Origin: a virus
Lineage: Duplodnaviria > Heunggongvirae > Uroviricota > Caudoviricetes
DNA length: 64,000 nucleotides
IMG/VR virus record: IMGVR_UViG_3300045988_163275
Location: 1-64,000 of that record
Strand: one strand, 5' to 3'
The position numbers and the translations under genes are program-made. Positions 9,713 through 19,846 of the stretch are shown one piece after another; position 1 is the first letter of the stretch; every line of letters starts with the position of its first letter. The notes under the pieces were generated by a model that was not told the DNA's origin, made no database searches, and was given only the letters and a program-made list of their open reading frames with translations.

Positions 9713-12700
9713 TTAGTTACGTTGAGTGTTTGGGTTGAGTGATCCGCCAGGGCGTTTCTCTTGAGCGATAGTCTCAAGCGCGATTGCTTTCATCCGTTGA
9801 GCGGCATTGTTCCATATGCTTTCTGTATCGCCAGATTCAGTTGTGCTACCGTCACTATGGACGTTGATCTCAATTGATACCGGAGAAAGAACATTTCCTC
9901 CTCCACTCATACCATCGGTACTGAGCGTTACAGGGATTGTTCGACCATCAGGCAATGGAACATACGCCTCATTCATAGAACCTTCCCCAAACAACGCTAA
10001 TTGAGGCGAGTTAGCAATACCGCCTTTCTGGTATGCCCGGAGCGGGATCACGCCGTCTTTTCCGAATATTCCTCCATTTGCAAACTTCGGGATTGCAGGA
10101 ATGCCTTTAGTTCCGTCAGCCACACTGCTGGTTGCGGTTTTAGCAGAGTTTGATGTCGCGCTGTCGAAACCACCACCTGCCCATACTGAAACCAACCCAG
10201 ATGCAACTGTCGCGCCGAAATTCAACCACTTATTACCAGAGCCGGAAGCATTAGCTCCAAGCATTGCGAACGCGGCAGACAGAGCACCGGTAACAGAGCT
10301 GAGGTTCTGCATCGAGAAGATGGAATCCTTCACTGCTTTTGTCTCAGCATCTTTGGCTTCGGTGCTATCAAATAGCCCTGATACCCAGCTACCAATCGCA
10401 TTTGTTGCTGTGCCAATTGCGCTGGTGGTCTGCTGTGTCGTTTGCCCCAATCCAGTTACCGAACTGGACGTCTCCTTCGTGGCTTCTCCTACCGACTTGT
10501 CGCCATTAACAGTGTTGCTTATGCGCACACCTTGATTGGCAACTGCGGAAGCAACCCCGGTGAGCAAATTACCACTCTGTGAACTACCAGCTGCGGTGGT
10601 TCCCATCCCCAACATGTTCATTAGAGGCAGCGTGATCTGCGACTTCACGACCATATTGGTGATATCTTTCAAAATGGACTGAGACAGGCTGGAGAAGCTC
10701 ATCTTCCCGTTAATAACGAAATCAGTCAGGACATCCGTTAAGCCACTAAACAAATCAGTCCAGGTGCTTTCGATCTGCTCTGCCAGGTTTTCGTATTCCA
10801 GTGCCAACTTCTGCGTCGCAGTCCCCGTCTCTTTAATAAGCGCGGTATTGCCAGCAGCAATCAGTTGATTGATTTTCTTTGTATAAAGCGCCACAACTTT
10901 AGGATCAGACGCCTTATCACGAAGTTCTATCAACGCTTTGAGATTGCGGTTGTAGGTGTCTTCGAAATCAGCAACTTTCTCTTCGCGAGACGGCGTATAG
11001 CCAGCACTAATAATGGAATCCGCCTCCGGTGCCCAAGTGGAGATCATCTGCTCAACATTGCGGCGATTAAACATCTCGCGATATTCAGGTATCGCATTTT
11101 TAAGGTCTTCAAGACGTTTTTTCGCCTTGTCGATCATCTCTTGAGTGATGAACTCGTTAGGAACCGCATTAGCCAAATCAGTCAGCGATTTCGTTGTATC
11201 GCGAAGAGACTGATCAAACGATACCGTAGCCTTAGAGCTTTCACCCATTTGCCCCATAAGCTGATCGGCTTTATCCAGAGCCTTCTGATATCCGGCCGCC
11301 AGTTTCTGTTGCGCTGCCTGTTCTTTCTTGGCCGCACGCTGAGAAGCATTGGCTGTACGTCGCCCGGCTTTTTCCGCTGCTGCGGCATCCTGTTCGCGCG
11401 CTTTGGTCAGCGCTGCAATGGCTGCGGCGCGTTCCGCATCGCTCATTTTCTCCAGAGAGCTGGCACTGGATGCTTTCTGCAAATTAAGCTGCGTCTTGAG
11501 TTGTTTAGGCCCAATAATCGGCTTACCTTCGAAGTCCATCATCGGAGTGCCGTCAGGCAAAGTACGCTGATAAGTCGCAGAATCCATCTGGTTTCGCATA
11601 TATTGCGCCAGCGCCTTCTGAGCAGCTTTATCAGTTGTACCTAACCCAAGAACAGTCCCCTGGTTTGACATTACGCCCTTACCAGTTTTGGCCGCATTAT
11701 CTCTCTCGAACTCTGCCTGAGTCAGCTCCTGAGCAACGGCTTCCAAATGCTCCTGATAACCACGAATACTGCCTTGCAGTTTCTGGATCTGCTCGGTATT
11801 GCCATCTTTTTTGGCTTTTTCAAGCTGATCATTAAGAGTCGCGATTTGCTTCTCGGTCGCATTCTTACGAGAAGAAAGTGAATCAACCAGTTTTTGCGCA
11901 GGCTCCAGATAGCTTTTGTTTACCGTTTCACGTAACGGTGCCAATAGTTTGTTCTTTTCGTCATCAGAAAGTGAATCGTCATCATTGATTTTTTGGATCT
12001 TCTCCAGAGCCTCTTGACGAGCTTTAGCGAATGTTGCCGCAAAGTCTCTATTCTCTTCCCGTATTTTCTCTATCTGTGATTCTGCCGCATCTTTTGCAAG
12101 ACGTTTGGCTACAGCAGTGTCTCCGCGTTCAATTGCCCCAGTAGTTTTATCGCGTTTCTCACGAAGGTCATTTAGCTCATTTTCTATACGCTTACGTTCA
12201 TCCTGATTAATCTTTACTGTAGTTCCGGCCATACCCGGCCCATAAACCACCTTTTCGCCAGATTTTAACTCTTGTTCCTTTTGCGTGATTTGTTGCTCAA
12301 GACGCGCTTTATACTCCGCCATTTGTGCACGTTTGGCCGCCGTCATCGCCTCTGGTATTTTCCTAATCTCGTCAACGACTTTTGACGTTTCGCTGCGAAG
12401 CATGGTCATATACGTGATCAGCCCGGCCACGGCTACGGTTGCCACGGTAAACGCAGCGCCAATTGGATTTGCTGCAATGAACGCCGTTAATCCAGCAAAA
12501 GCGCCTTTAAGCCCCGTAATCGCCCCACGGATGGCGAAAATAAGAGAGGGGATCGGAGCCAGCCCCATACGTGCCGCACGATTGAATCGAGTTACTGCTG
12601 TAGCGCCGAGGTTAAATGGAGTCTGTATGGCGGTCGCCATCGTGGCAAAGGTGCTAACCATCTGGCTCCCAGCGCCAACTACCCCCATGATCCCTGCTCG

Positions 12701-14305
12701 CATCAGTTTGAACGCAACCATCGCGGCCACGACCTTACCAAGATTAATTACCAGCTCTTGGTTCTTTGCTAACCATTGAGCAAGCTGACGCAACCCATCG
12801 ATTGCCGTCGTTAACCCCGAACCTAAAGAATTAGCAAACGAAATCCCTTCTGCGCTATTCATGATGGAGGCTAGTTCTTTCATTCCCTTAGAGAGAGAAT
12901 CCAGATAGCCCGTCTGACCGACACGATCGGCGAACAACGTAAAGGAGGTTTGTAGTTGCGCCAGCGCACCGGTGTAGGTTTGCATCATGTCTTTGGCGGC
13001 GTTTTCGTTCTCTGCACGCAGACCAACGAACATCAGCGATAACGCCTGTTTCGCTTCCACAGTACCGCTGGAGACTGCTTTGGTCAGTTCCCCCATAGTA
13101 ATGCCGGCAGCGTCTGCCATCGCTTTCATCGCGTTAGGAACGGCTTCACCTAATTGCTGACGCAGTTCTTCCATCGAAACGACGCCCTTACCGGACATCT
13201 GCTGGACGGCCACTGCTGCGCGTTTTAGCAGTTCACTATCGCCGCCGAAGCGTGCAACAGAGTCCACCAATGCTTTCAGCGAACCGTCAGTAGGATCGAG
13301 ACCTGCCGAGCGGAATTTAACGAAGGAATCGGTCAGCGCCTGCATCGCAAACGGGGCGTTTTGCGCCATATCCACGATGTACTGCATATCCTCTGCGGCT
13401 GCTTTGCCAGGGTTGGCCTTGTCCTTGTTCAGCCCGCGCAACATGACGCGCATACGCTCCATTTTGGAGGCAGCTTCGACGATTGGCTTCTGCCAGCCGA
13501 ACAGGATGTCAGTTACCGTTCTTGCCGCATCACCAATCTCGCCCAGCAGGAAAATATTGCCGCGCAGACCAGAGAACACGCCATTTTCAGCACCGCGCCC
13601 GCCGTGGCCATAGGAACCGCTGTGTCGACCGCCACCGCCATTACCACCGCCCTCACCGTAGCCGCTGGTGCGCACACGCACCGGCTTGCTGATCAGCTGC
13701 TGGCGGCCAATCACCGCATCCATCTGATCGCGGACTTTCTTCAGCCCCTCGGCAGCCTGGTTCGTTGTGACACCCCAATTACTGAGACGCTTCGTCGTGG
13801 TGTTAAGGCGCGTATTCATACCACTCACAGATGTAGAGGCTTCTTTTACCTCCGTACCGAAGCGGCTGGCGCTCTTACCAGCGAACGTTGCCCAATCGGA
13901 AAACTCATTGAGTTCAGACTGAACCTTGCGCAACGATGTGGTGAGCTTATTAACGGAAGAGGTGGTTGTGTCGACGCGCTCAATCAGGGTTTTGAGACCT
14001 GAATTGAGGCTGGTAATGTTGCCTCGCGTCTTGCGCGAAACATCAGACACAAGTTCGAAGCCGGCAGCTACATCCTGTAGTTTGTCTGCCGTGGCATCGA
14101 GCTTGGACTCCAGAACGCCGATGATGCGGGAGACCGAACCCAACGAGCGTTCCAGATTGTTAATTTTCTGAGCTGGTTTTGTGGCCTGCTCCCCGAATCT
14201 GGTAAGTAGCTTACCCGCCCGGTCGATTGACGCTGTAAACTGCTTGTCTTCCAGCGACAGGACAAACTCTACGTTTTGTGACATTCCCTTGTCATCCTCT
14301 GCCAA
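9713..14305 (-). CDS. tail tape measure protein
   Basis: 1530 aa, coiled-coil rich, Gly-rich segment (GYGEGGGNGGGGRHSGSYGHGG), hydrophobic central segments; located between G/GT chaperone and M. Confidence 0.9.
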   Translation of the reverse strand: MAEDDKGMSQNVEFVLSLEDKQFTASIDRAGKLLTRFGEQATKPAQKINNLERSLGSVSRIIGVLESKLDATADKLQDVAAGFELVSDVSRKTRGNITSLNSGLKTLIERVDTTTSSVNKLTTSLRKVQSELNEFSDWATFAGKSASRFGTEVKEASTSVSGMNTRLNTTTKRLSNWGVTTNQAAEGLKKVRDQMDAVIGRQQLISKPVRVRTSGYGEGGGNGGGGRHSGSYGHGGRGAENGVFSGLRGNIFLLGEIGDAARTVTDILFGWQKPIVEAASKMERMRVMLRGLNKDKANPGKAAAEDMQYIVDMAQNAPFAMQALTDSFVKFRSAGLDPTDGSLKALVDSVARFGGDSELLKRAAVAVQQMSGKGVVSMEELRQQLGEAVPNAMKAMADAAGITMGELTKAVSSGTVEAKQALSLMFVGLRAENENAAKDMMQTYTGALAQLQTSFTLFADRVGQTGYLDSLSKGMKELASIMNSAEGISFANSLGSGLTTAIDGLRQLAQWLAKNQELVINLGKVVAAMVAFKLMRAGIMGVVGAGSQMVSTFATMATAIQTPFNLGATAVTRFNRAARMGLAPIPSLIFAIRGAITGLKGAFAGLTAFIAANPIGAAFTVATVAVAGLITYMTMLRSETSKVVDEIRKIPEAMTAAKRAQMAEYKARLEQQITQKEQELKSGEKVVYGPGMAGTTVKINQDERKRIENELNDLREKRDKTTGAIERGDTAVAKRLAKDAAESQIEKIREENRDFAATFAKARQEALEKIQKINDDDSLSDDEKNKLLAPLRETVNKSYLEPAQKLVDSLSSRKNATEKQIATLNDQLEKAKKDGNTEQIQKLQGSIRGYQEHLEAVAQELTQAEFERDNAAKTGKGVMSNQGTVLGLGTTDKAAQKALAQYMRNQMDSATYQRTLPDGTPMMDFEGKPIIGPKQLKTQLNLQKASSASSLEKMSDAERAAAIAALTKAREQDAAAAEKAGRRTANASQRAAKKEQAAQQKLAAGYQKALDKADQLMGQMGESSKATVSFDQSLRDTTKSLTDLANAVPNEFITQEMIDKAKKRLEDLKNAIPEYREMFNRRNVEQMISTWAPEADSIISAGYTPSREEKVADFEDTYNRNLKALIELRDKASDPKVVALYTKKINQLIAAGNTALIKETGTATQKLALEYENLAEQIESTWTDLFSGLTDVLTDFVINGKMSFSSLSQSILKDITNMVVKSQITLPLMNMLGMGTTAAGSSQSGNLLTGVASAVANQGVRISNTVNGDKSVGEATKETSSSVTGLGQTTQQTTSAIGTATNAIGSWVSGLFDSTEAKDAETKAVKDSIFSMQNLSSVTGALSAAFAMLGANASGSGNKWLNFGATVASGLVSVWAGGGFDSATSNSAKTATSSVADGTKGIPAIPKFANGGIFGKDGVIPLRAYQKGGIANSPQLALFGEGSMNEAYVPLPDGRTIPVTLSTDGMSGGGNVLSPVSIEINVHSDGSTTESGDTESIWNNAAQRMKAIALETIAQEKRPGGSLNPNTQRN

Positions 14306-14561
14306 AAATTTGCATCAGTTGCTCTTTGGCGTCAGGGTCTGCCTTATCCTTGCGCGGATCGTAGACTTTATCGGTTACGACTGGTCTTCCAATCCTGAGT
14401 TGCAAACCCTCCATGAACGCCTTCACGCCCTCGCCATCTGCCTGGGCAGCGCGAGCGACTTGCAGGTTGCGGACATCCTCTTCCGCACGTAGACGGTCGA
14501 TGTTGCGACTGAGCATCCAGAACATCGTTAGAGGGACGCCCAGCAGCTCTAATGGCGACAC
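14292..14561 (-). CDS. tail assembly chaperone, T segment of G/GT (reached by programmed frameshift)
   Basis: ORF in the -1 frame relative to G; this frame stays open upstream until it overlaps the last codons of G (GAAGGGGCAAAGTAA). Classic G/GT arrangement before the tape measure gene. Confidence 0.55.
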   Translation of the reverse strand: MSPLELLGVPLTMFWMLSRNIDRLRAEEDVRNLQVARAAQADGEGVKAFMEGLQLRIGRPVVTDKVYDPRKDKADPDAKEQLMQIFGRG

Positions 14562-14641
14562 GGCGTAGTGAGCAACTACACGACTGAAATAGAATCCGAG
14601 ATCTATCGATACGGTCTTTACCCCGGATTCATCGCGGGAAA

Positions 14642-14959
14642 TTACTTTGCCCCTTCACCAGCCGCTTTTTCGTTCTCTTCATCAATCACTTCCATAGCGA
14701 AGGTGAAGATTTGCTGAAGCTGCGGAACAGTCAGTTTTTCCAGTACAGCGTCCGGCACGGATGGGATGACCTTGCGAACCAGGTCGGCGTAAGCAGTAAC
14801 CTGCTCTACAGGAGACATGTTCTGAAGATCTTTGCCTTCCATCTGCTTGATGGAGACGAACAGACCAACTGTCATTTCAACGATGGGGTATTCCTGACCG
14901 CCGAACTTGATACTTTTCTTCGGAGGTAGAATGGAGTCGAGATCGAGTAATTTGGTCAT
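14642..14959 (-). CDS. tail assembly chaperone (lambda G-like)
   Basis: 105 aa acidic protein between major tail protein and tape measure; 3' end overlapped by the T frame. Confidence 0.6.
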   Translation of the reverse strand: MTKLLDLDSILPPKKSIKFGGQEYPIVEMTVGLFVSIKQMEGKDLQNMSPVEQVTAYADLVRKVIPSVPDAVLEKLTVPQLQQIFTFAMEVIDEENEKAAGEGAK

Positions 14960-14970
14960 TGGTTAAAATC

Positions 14971-15001
14971 CTTTTAAAAGAGAGGCTCTTCCTGAGCCTC
15001 T
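14971..15001 (-). terminator. hairpin after major tail protein gene
   Basis: Minus strand AGAGGCTCAGGAAGAGCCTCT followed by CTTTTAAAAGG. Confidence 0.45.
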
Positions 15002-15018
15002 GCTTAGTTACGTCACGA

Positions 15019-15765
15019 TTATTCGGCAGAATTAACCGTTACAGCTTTGGTCGCTTTCTTGCCGCCGCTATTGCTGGTGAAGGAGATATTTGCCGAACCT
15101 TCAGCTACTCCGCGAACCAGACCAGTCTGATCAACGGTAGCCTTCTCCTGATTGTCGGACTCCCACACACCGGTTTTGTCGCCGGCATCTGCAGGTGTGA
15201 TCTGGGCTGCCAGCTGCACGCTCTCACCGGCTTTAACTTCCGGAGAATCCGGAGAGATAGAGACGGATTTAACCGGCTTTGGGCCGCTCATTTTCCCCAG
15301 AATACCGTCGTCATCCGGGTAAGCGGTGAACTGAACCGAGAACACGCGAACATCATCAGACTGGTAGGTCATGGTGAAGTTACCTGCGGTCGCAGCTTTC
15401 GGGATGGTCAGAACGTAGTCGGTGGTATCCTGCGGGGTCAGAACCAGCTCTTTAGCTACGTCGATCAGGTTGACGCCCTGTGCGGAAGTGATGGTCACAG
15501 AGTTATCTTCTTCACTCAGGGTAGAACCCGGCATCAGATCGACCATATTCTGCAACACAGACTCGGCCAGCGGCGCAGTGATAGTGATGTTACGGCCCTG
15601 TACCAGCTCGGAGATGGTGGTTTGCCCTAGCTGGTCTACGGTAACTTTCAGAGTTTCGGTCGCAACCTCAACCTGAACACCGCCTTTGGTGTAACCCAGA
15701 TCAACACCACCAAACGACACTTTGCAGGCGCCAAGTTTGATGTTTTTTACATGGGTATTGGACAT
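15019..15765 (-). CDS. major tail protein with C-terminal Ig-like domain
   Basis: 248 aa; C-terminal Big_2-like segment (VKSVSISPDSPEVKAGESVQLAAQITPADAGDKTGVWESDNQEKATVDQTGLVRGVAEGSANISF); followed by a terminator hairpin; lambda V position. Confidence 0.8.
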   Translation of the reverse strand: MSNTHVKNIKLGACKVSFGGVDLGYTKGGVQVEVATETLKVTVDQLGQTTISELVQGRNITITAPLAESVLQNMVDLMPGSTLSEEDNSVTITSAQGVNLIDVAKELVLTPQDTTDYVLTIPKAATAGNFTMTYQSDDVRVFSVQFTAYPDDDGILGKMSGPKPVKSVSISPDSPEVKAGESVQLAAQITPADAGDKTGVWESDNQEKATVDQTGLVRGVAEGSANISFTSNSGGKKATKAVTVNSAE

Positions 15766-15811
15766 TGTTGGAAAACTCCTTTTTCCGTTAAATCAGCACC
15801 TTCATGGCGCC

Positions 15812-15838
15812 AATAGTAAGTATATACTTACTTATTTT
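15812..15838. repeat. TAAGTA-type palindrome
   Basis: aatagtaagtatatacttacttatttt; between U-like and major tail protein genes. Confidence 0.5.
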
Positions 15839-15839
15839 G

Positions 15840-16223
15840 TTAATTCAACAAATAGCCCGCAAATTCAATCGGGATGCCCGCTTCAATCAACGAGCCTTCG
15901 TTTTTTGGATAAGTTATCGGCATCGACATTGGTCGTACCAACCGGAAGTAAACGCCATCTGACACGGTTTCCTCGACTGGAAACATGTCCATGATCTTAT
16001 TGGCTTTCGCCACCGCCTTTGTGATCGTCGCATTACGCACGATGACGGTAAAAGAGTCGTGATAAAAGCCTTTTAACTCATGGTCAATGGCGATCCCCGT
16101 ATTGGGAGTAACCAACAGGACGCCGGACTTCACATTGGCTGGCATGTAGTGACAGAAAATGTCAGTGCCGAGTGTGCCGATCTTCGCCTTCTGCATCAGG
16201 CTCGCAAATGCTTCAATAAACAC
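15840..16223 (-). CDS. tail terminator protein (lambda U-like, by position)
   Basis: 127 aa ORF immediately upstream of the major tail protein gene; assignment by synteny only. Confidence 0.45.
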   Translation of the reverse strand: MFIEAFASLMQKAKIGTLGTDIFCHYMPANVKSGVLLVTPNTGIAIDHELKGFYHDSFTVIVRNATITKAVAKANKIMDMFPVEETVSDGVYFRLVRPMSMPITYPKNEGSLIEAGIPIEFAGYLLN

Positions 16224-16224
16224 A

Positions 16225-16746
16225 TCAACCTCTCGTAAAACCTGCTTTCCTTGCTGCTTCAGCTATCGTCTGAGCGAACTGTTTCTCACTGACCTGTGCC
16301 GCTCTTTCAAGGAACAAAGGCCCAACGCGTGGCTTCACACCAGCAACTGGCGGGTTGGTGACGCTCTTCATGCGGGAGAGATAGCCGAGACGATACTTGC
16401 CCAACTCCATGTACTCCGCATAATCGCCAACCTCAACACCAGGGTTCCCTTCGCGCGGTTTAGCCCCAGACACCGATAACTCAATACGCAGCCCCGTATA
16501 GCCCTCTTTGACAACTCTCGCGAAAATCGCGCTTTCGAGTGAGCCAGTCTCCAGCGGAGCCATTGCCCGCGCCAGACGCTCAACCAGACGCGCCAGCTTC
16601 TCCATGTCACGAATGAGATAACGCTTAAAGGCTTTCTGGCTGTTATTGAGTCTGTCGCCAGCACGCTTAAACTGATGCGAGTCATGCTTCAGGCCCATAT
16701 GTTTGCCCCTACTTCCAGATGACCAGGGCGTCCACGTAACCCCCAA
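16225..16746 (-). CDS. head-tail joining / tail completion protein (by position)
   Basis: 173 aa ORF in the head-tail connector block; real start may be the internal Met (MGLKHDSHQF). No motif recognised. Confidence 0.4.
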   Translation of the reverse strand: MGVTWTPWSSGSRGKHMGLKHDSHQFKRAGDRLNNSQKAFKRYLIRDMEKLARLVERLARAMAPLETGSLESAIFARVVKEGYTGLRIELSVSGAKPREGNPGVEVGDYAEYMELGKYRLGYLSRMKSVTNPPVAGVKPRVGPLFLERAAQVSEKQFAQTIAEAARKAGFTRG

Positions 16747-17033
16747 CGACGATGCACACTGGATACCTTCAGCTTTAGCCCCTCCAGAATAAGAACGTCA
16801 TCAAGTTGCACTGCGGCCTCAAGTGGGACCACCAGAACGACATCGAACAATTCCATATTGGCTTTTCCGCGACTGCCGGAGCTGTCCGCACGTACCGATG
16901 ACTTCTCATTACTTTGTTCAAACTTAACGACACCGACGTTCGTCTTCCTGACGAACTGCAATTGCGCTTCACCGTAGACATTCTTCGAACCCAGACGGTA
17001 AATCGCCATCTCTGCTTGCCATGAAATGTTCAT
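16689..17033 (-). CDS. head-tail connector protein (by position)
   Basis: Track ORF 16689..17147; start moved to internal Met (MNISWQAEMAIYRL) to avoid overlap with the upstream gene. Synteny only. Confidence 0.35.
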   Translation of the reverse strand: MNISWQAEMAIYRLGSKNVYGEAQLQFVRKTNVGVVKFEQSNEKSSVRADSSGSRGKANMELFDVVLVVPLEAAVQLDDVLILEGLKLKVSSVHRRWGLRGRPGHLEVGANIWA

Positions 17034-17130
17034 GCACTCTCCCTGTGGTTGGCATCCGCACGCATTACCAGGCGAAGGCGCGATTGTGCGTCTTGAGCCT
17101 TTCGACCAGAAGTAAATAATGCGACTGGCG

Positions 17131-17964
17131 TTACGCACGGCGAACAATCATGCGGTTGTTGATGTAGCTAACCAGCAGTCTCCAGGTACTGCGAGCCACA
17201 TGTAAATTTGCCGCTTTGCCGGTGCGGTACATATTTGTCGTTTCACCAATGGATTCAGACAGGATGCCGTCCTCGCGAGCTGCCGCTACGTCATTGCCAT
17301 TAGCGATTTCGCAGGCTTCATTAACCACGGCCAGCATTAATGTCTGTTTGAAGTAGTCAGGGAATTCGTCGAATTTATCCTGCGTCATCTTCTCCCAATC
17401 AATCAGATCGTGACGATATGCCCCGTCAGCACCCCACGGTACGTCATATACGTTCAGCATGTTTTGTGGACGGTCGTACCGATCGAAATCGATACGAAGG
17501 ACTTTGCGGATTGAAAACGGCAGCGTTTTGACGCGTCTGGTGGCCTCAATGAGACGTTTGCGCATCAGCCCGTCACCATCAGCCAACAGAGTGTCGCCGT
17601 TCAGCATGTCGATGGCTTGCATCTGGGCGTCTGCGACCGTTGCGAATGACTGGCCTGGGATAGACAGCTCGAAGCTATTTAGCAGAACGTACATCTTGCG
17701 CTCTTCATGCGTCAGACCGGATGCCACCGCTTTGACGAGGACGTAACGCAGATCGCGCTCTTTGTCGGCAAGCAGGTTGTGTTCGGCCGACACGACAACC
17801 GGAATGGACATCTGCCCCTCAGTAATATCGAGAGGTTCGTTATCAACGATGATCGAACCCGCGCCATCTCTGACGGTATACGTTGCCGACTCAATATCCA
17901 GAACGTTAAATGCAAACGACAGGGAAACGGCTTCCCCGCTACGGTACGTGTCGATCTGTGCCAT
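17131..17964 (-). CDS. virion structural protein, function unknown
   Basis: 277 aa ORF in the late operon between capsid and tail genes; no recognisable motif. Confidence 0.4.
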   Translation of the reverse strand: MAQIDTYRSGEAVSLSFAFNVLDIESATYTVRDGAGSIIVDNEPLDITEGQMSIPVVVSAEHNLLADKERDLRYVLVKAVASGLTHEERKMYVLLNSFELSIPGQSFATVADAQMQAIDMLNGDTLLADGDGLMRKRLIEATRRVKTLPFSIRKVLRIDFDRYDRPQNMLNVYDVPWGADGAYRHDLIDWEKMTQDKFDEFPDYFKQTLMLAVVNEACEIANGNDVAAAREDGILSESIGETTNMYRTGKAANLHVARSTWRLLVSYINNRMIVRRA

Positions 17965-18410
17965 TACTCACCGCCCTGTGCTTTCAGGATACCCTCGATC
18001 ATTTCAACGATGCCTTTGGCTTTCACGCCAATTTGGTTGCCGATCTGACGAAGACCCGCAATACCTTCACAGTCCGCAATCGACTCCAGTTCTTCACGAG
18101 TAAAGCGCTGTACCGGTTTGGGCTTTGTTTCAGCCGCACCACGTTTCATTGGCACAATATCCGGGGCTGGCGTCTCGACAATGTCTTCCGCAGTCAAGTT
18201 ATTGCGGCTACTGTACGCGGCAGAAGGAGATACATTTTTACCTTCAACGGTAGTCGCACGCATGGAAGCACAAATCCGCTGCTGATCGACGAATGGCAGT
18301 TCAGCAACTGAGATACCGTCTACAAACTTGATACCGCAGAGAATCCCCGTGTACCCCAAAAATTGAGGCTCCAATAAACGAATTTTTGCTGGTTTCATTT
18401 TTCTTCTCAC
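17964..18410 (-). CDS. head-tail connector / head completion protein (by position)
   Basis: 148 aa ORF, start/stop coupled with the neighbouring late gene. Confidence 0.4.
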   Translation of the reverse strand: MRRKMKPAKIRLLEPQFLGYTGILCGIKFVDGISVAELPFVDQQRICASMRATTVEGKNVSPSAAYSSRNNLTAEDIVETPAPDIVPMKRGAAETKPKPVQRFTREELESIADCEGIAGLRQIGNQIGVKAKGIVEMIEGILKAQGGE

Positions 18411-18441
18411 TTAATGGACAGCTATGCTGCCCATATGTTGG

Positions 18442-18870
18442 TTACGCAGCCGGTGCTGCGGTCACTTCAACGGTCGCAGTCGCTTTGTGACTGCCATCCT
18501 GTGAAGCCACTTCAATGGTTGCCGTACCAACGGCTACGCCAACTACGTTACCGTTCTGATCCACGGTCGCTTTGTCGCTATTTTGAGAAGTCCAGGTGAC
18601 TTTTTGATTGGTTGCGTTTGACGGTTGCACATCAACTCGCAATTTGACTGACTTCCCCTTCTCAACAGAGACAGAATCAGGAGTCAGAGCAACAGACTCC
18701 ACGCTGACAGACTGCGTGAACGGAACTGTCCGGAAGCAAGCCGCAAGATGGTTCTGCTGGCGCTCGCTCAGAGGCTCGTTGGAGACGGAGTTGGTGAATC
18801 CGGCACGGCACATATGCCCTGTGAAATCCGCAAACGTCTCCTCCATGATTTTCATCTTTTGTTCTGGCAT
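18442..18870 (-). CDS. Ig-like (Big_2) domain protein, probable head decoration protein
   Basis: C-terminal Big_2-like segment (VESVALTPDSVSVEKGKSVKLRVDVQPSNATNQKVTWTSQNSDKATVDQNGNVVGVAVGTATIEVAS); immediately downstream of the capsid gene and its terminator. Confidence 0.5.
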   Translation of the reverse strand: MPEQKMKIMEETFADFTGHMCRAGFTNSVSNEPLSERQQNHLAACFRTVPFTQSVSVESVALTPDSVSVEKGKSVKLRVDVQPSNATNQKVTWTSQNSDKATVDQNGNVVGVAVGTATIEVASQDGSHKATATVEVTAAPAA

Positions 18871-18882
18871 TTATCGCTCCTA

Positions 18883-18907
18883 CAAAAAAGGTGGGCGTAT
18901 AGCCCAC
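18883..18907 (-). terminator. intrinsic terminator after major capsid gene
   Basis: Minus strand GGTGGGCTATACGCCCACC followed by TTTTTTGT. Confidence 0.65.
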
Positions 18908-18912
18908 CCATA

Positions 18913-18936
18913 TTAAGTAGATAACTATTTACCTAC
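18913..18936. repeat. TAAGTA-type palindrome (degenerate)
   Basis: ttaagtagataactatttacctac; between capsid stop and terminator. Confidence 0.4.
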
Positions 18937-18944
18937 TTTTCTGA

Positions 18945-19820
18945 TCAAATTTTTACATTGGTCAGCGCGGCGATAGCTTTGTCGTGCTTGTTCGCCAGAG
19001 AGCAGTACCACTTAACGCGGGTACGGGTTGCGTCTTTGTTCTGAACAGTACCGATGTTCTCAACAACGATACCAGCGTTTTCACCGCCATACAGACCGGT
19101 CACACCGTTCTCTTCGGACAGGTGCAGACAGTAGATGCTTGCTTTGCCCGCGTCAGTCGGGATGAAGTCGTTCACGATGAAAGGTACACCGTTGTGGCAC
19201 AACATCGGTCGACCGAAGTTTTCCATCATAATTTCGGACGGGCCGATATTAACGGTACGCAGCAGAGCGCGATAAGCACGCAGATGCTCGGAGCGCATCA
19301 TGATGCAGTCCGCACCCAGATCTTTCACCGCGTCGACCAGTTCGTCGAACATGGAGAAGGTCATGGAAGCGCCTTCGATATCGATCTTCTGATCGTCGTG
19401 CATCAGTTTCGGAATACCGTCGAACGCTTTGGTGTTGGTGCTGGAGTCGCCCAGAATCAGGTTGCGGCGGAATGCGCGAGCCAGACCTTTCACCTTCTGA
19501 CGAACCTGGATTGCCAGCTGGTTGTTGGTGTCGGACATAGTGGTCGCCAGGAATTTGTCGACGTCTACGTCGCCTGCCAGGATACGTAGCTTCGCAACGT
19601 GTTCGCTGAAGGTTGCTGCGCCTTCAGTGATGGTGTCGTTCACATCAATGAAGGTAGCTTCGCTCAGGGTAGCTTCGCGGTTGTAAAGGTATGCCTTAGA
19701 ATTAATCTTCATGAAAGGCAGAATAGCGAACAGGTCATCGCGATCGATGATGGTCTCGATCACACCCTGCTCAAGTTCGTTATTAGACAGCTTTTCAGCT
19801 TCATCACGCAGTAATGGCAT
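18945..19820 (-). CDS. major capsid protein
   Basis: 291 aa ORF between scaffold-like gene and head-tail genes; strong terminator hairpin directly downstream. Synteny plus size; no search run. Confidence 0.7.
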   Translation of the reverse strand: MPLLRDEAEKLSNNELEQGVIETIIDRDDLFAILPFMKINSKAYLYNREATLSEATFIDVNDTITEGAATFSEHVAKLRILAGDVDVDKFLATTMSDTNNQLAIQVRQKVKGLARAFRRNLILGDSSTNTKAFDGIPKLMHDDQKIDIEGASMTFSMFDELVDAVKDLGADCIMMRSEHLRAYRALLRTVNIGPSEIMMENFGRPMLCHNGVPFIVNDFIPTDAGKASIYCLHLSEENGVTGLYGGENAGIVVENIGTVQNKDATRTRVKWYCSLANKHDKAIAALTNVKI

Positions 19821-19846
19821 CTTTCATTTCCCTATGATTTAAGATG

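Noticed and set aside
10865-14002. Plus-strand ORFs of 164-259 aa inside the tape measure gene (10865..11644, 12285..12779, 13361..14002)
   Set aside because: Antisense to a 1530-aa gene with clear coding character; Arg/Cys/His-rich low-complexity products; no RBS or promoter context.
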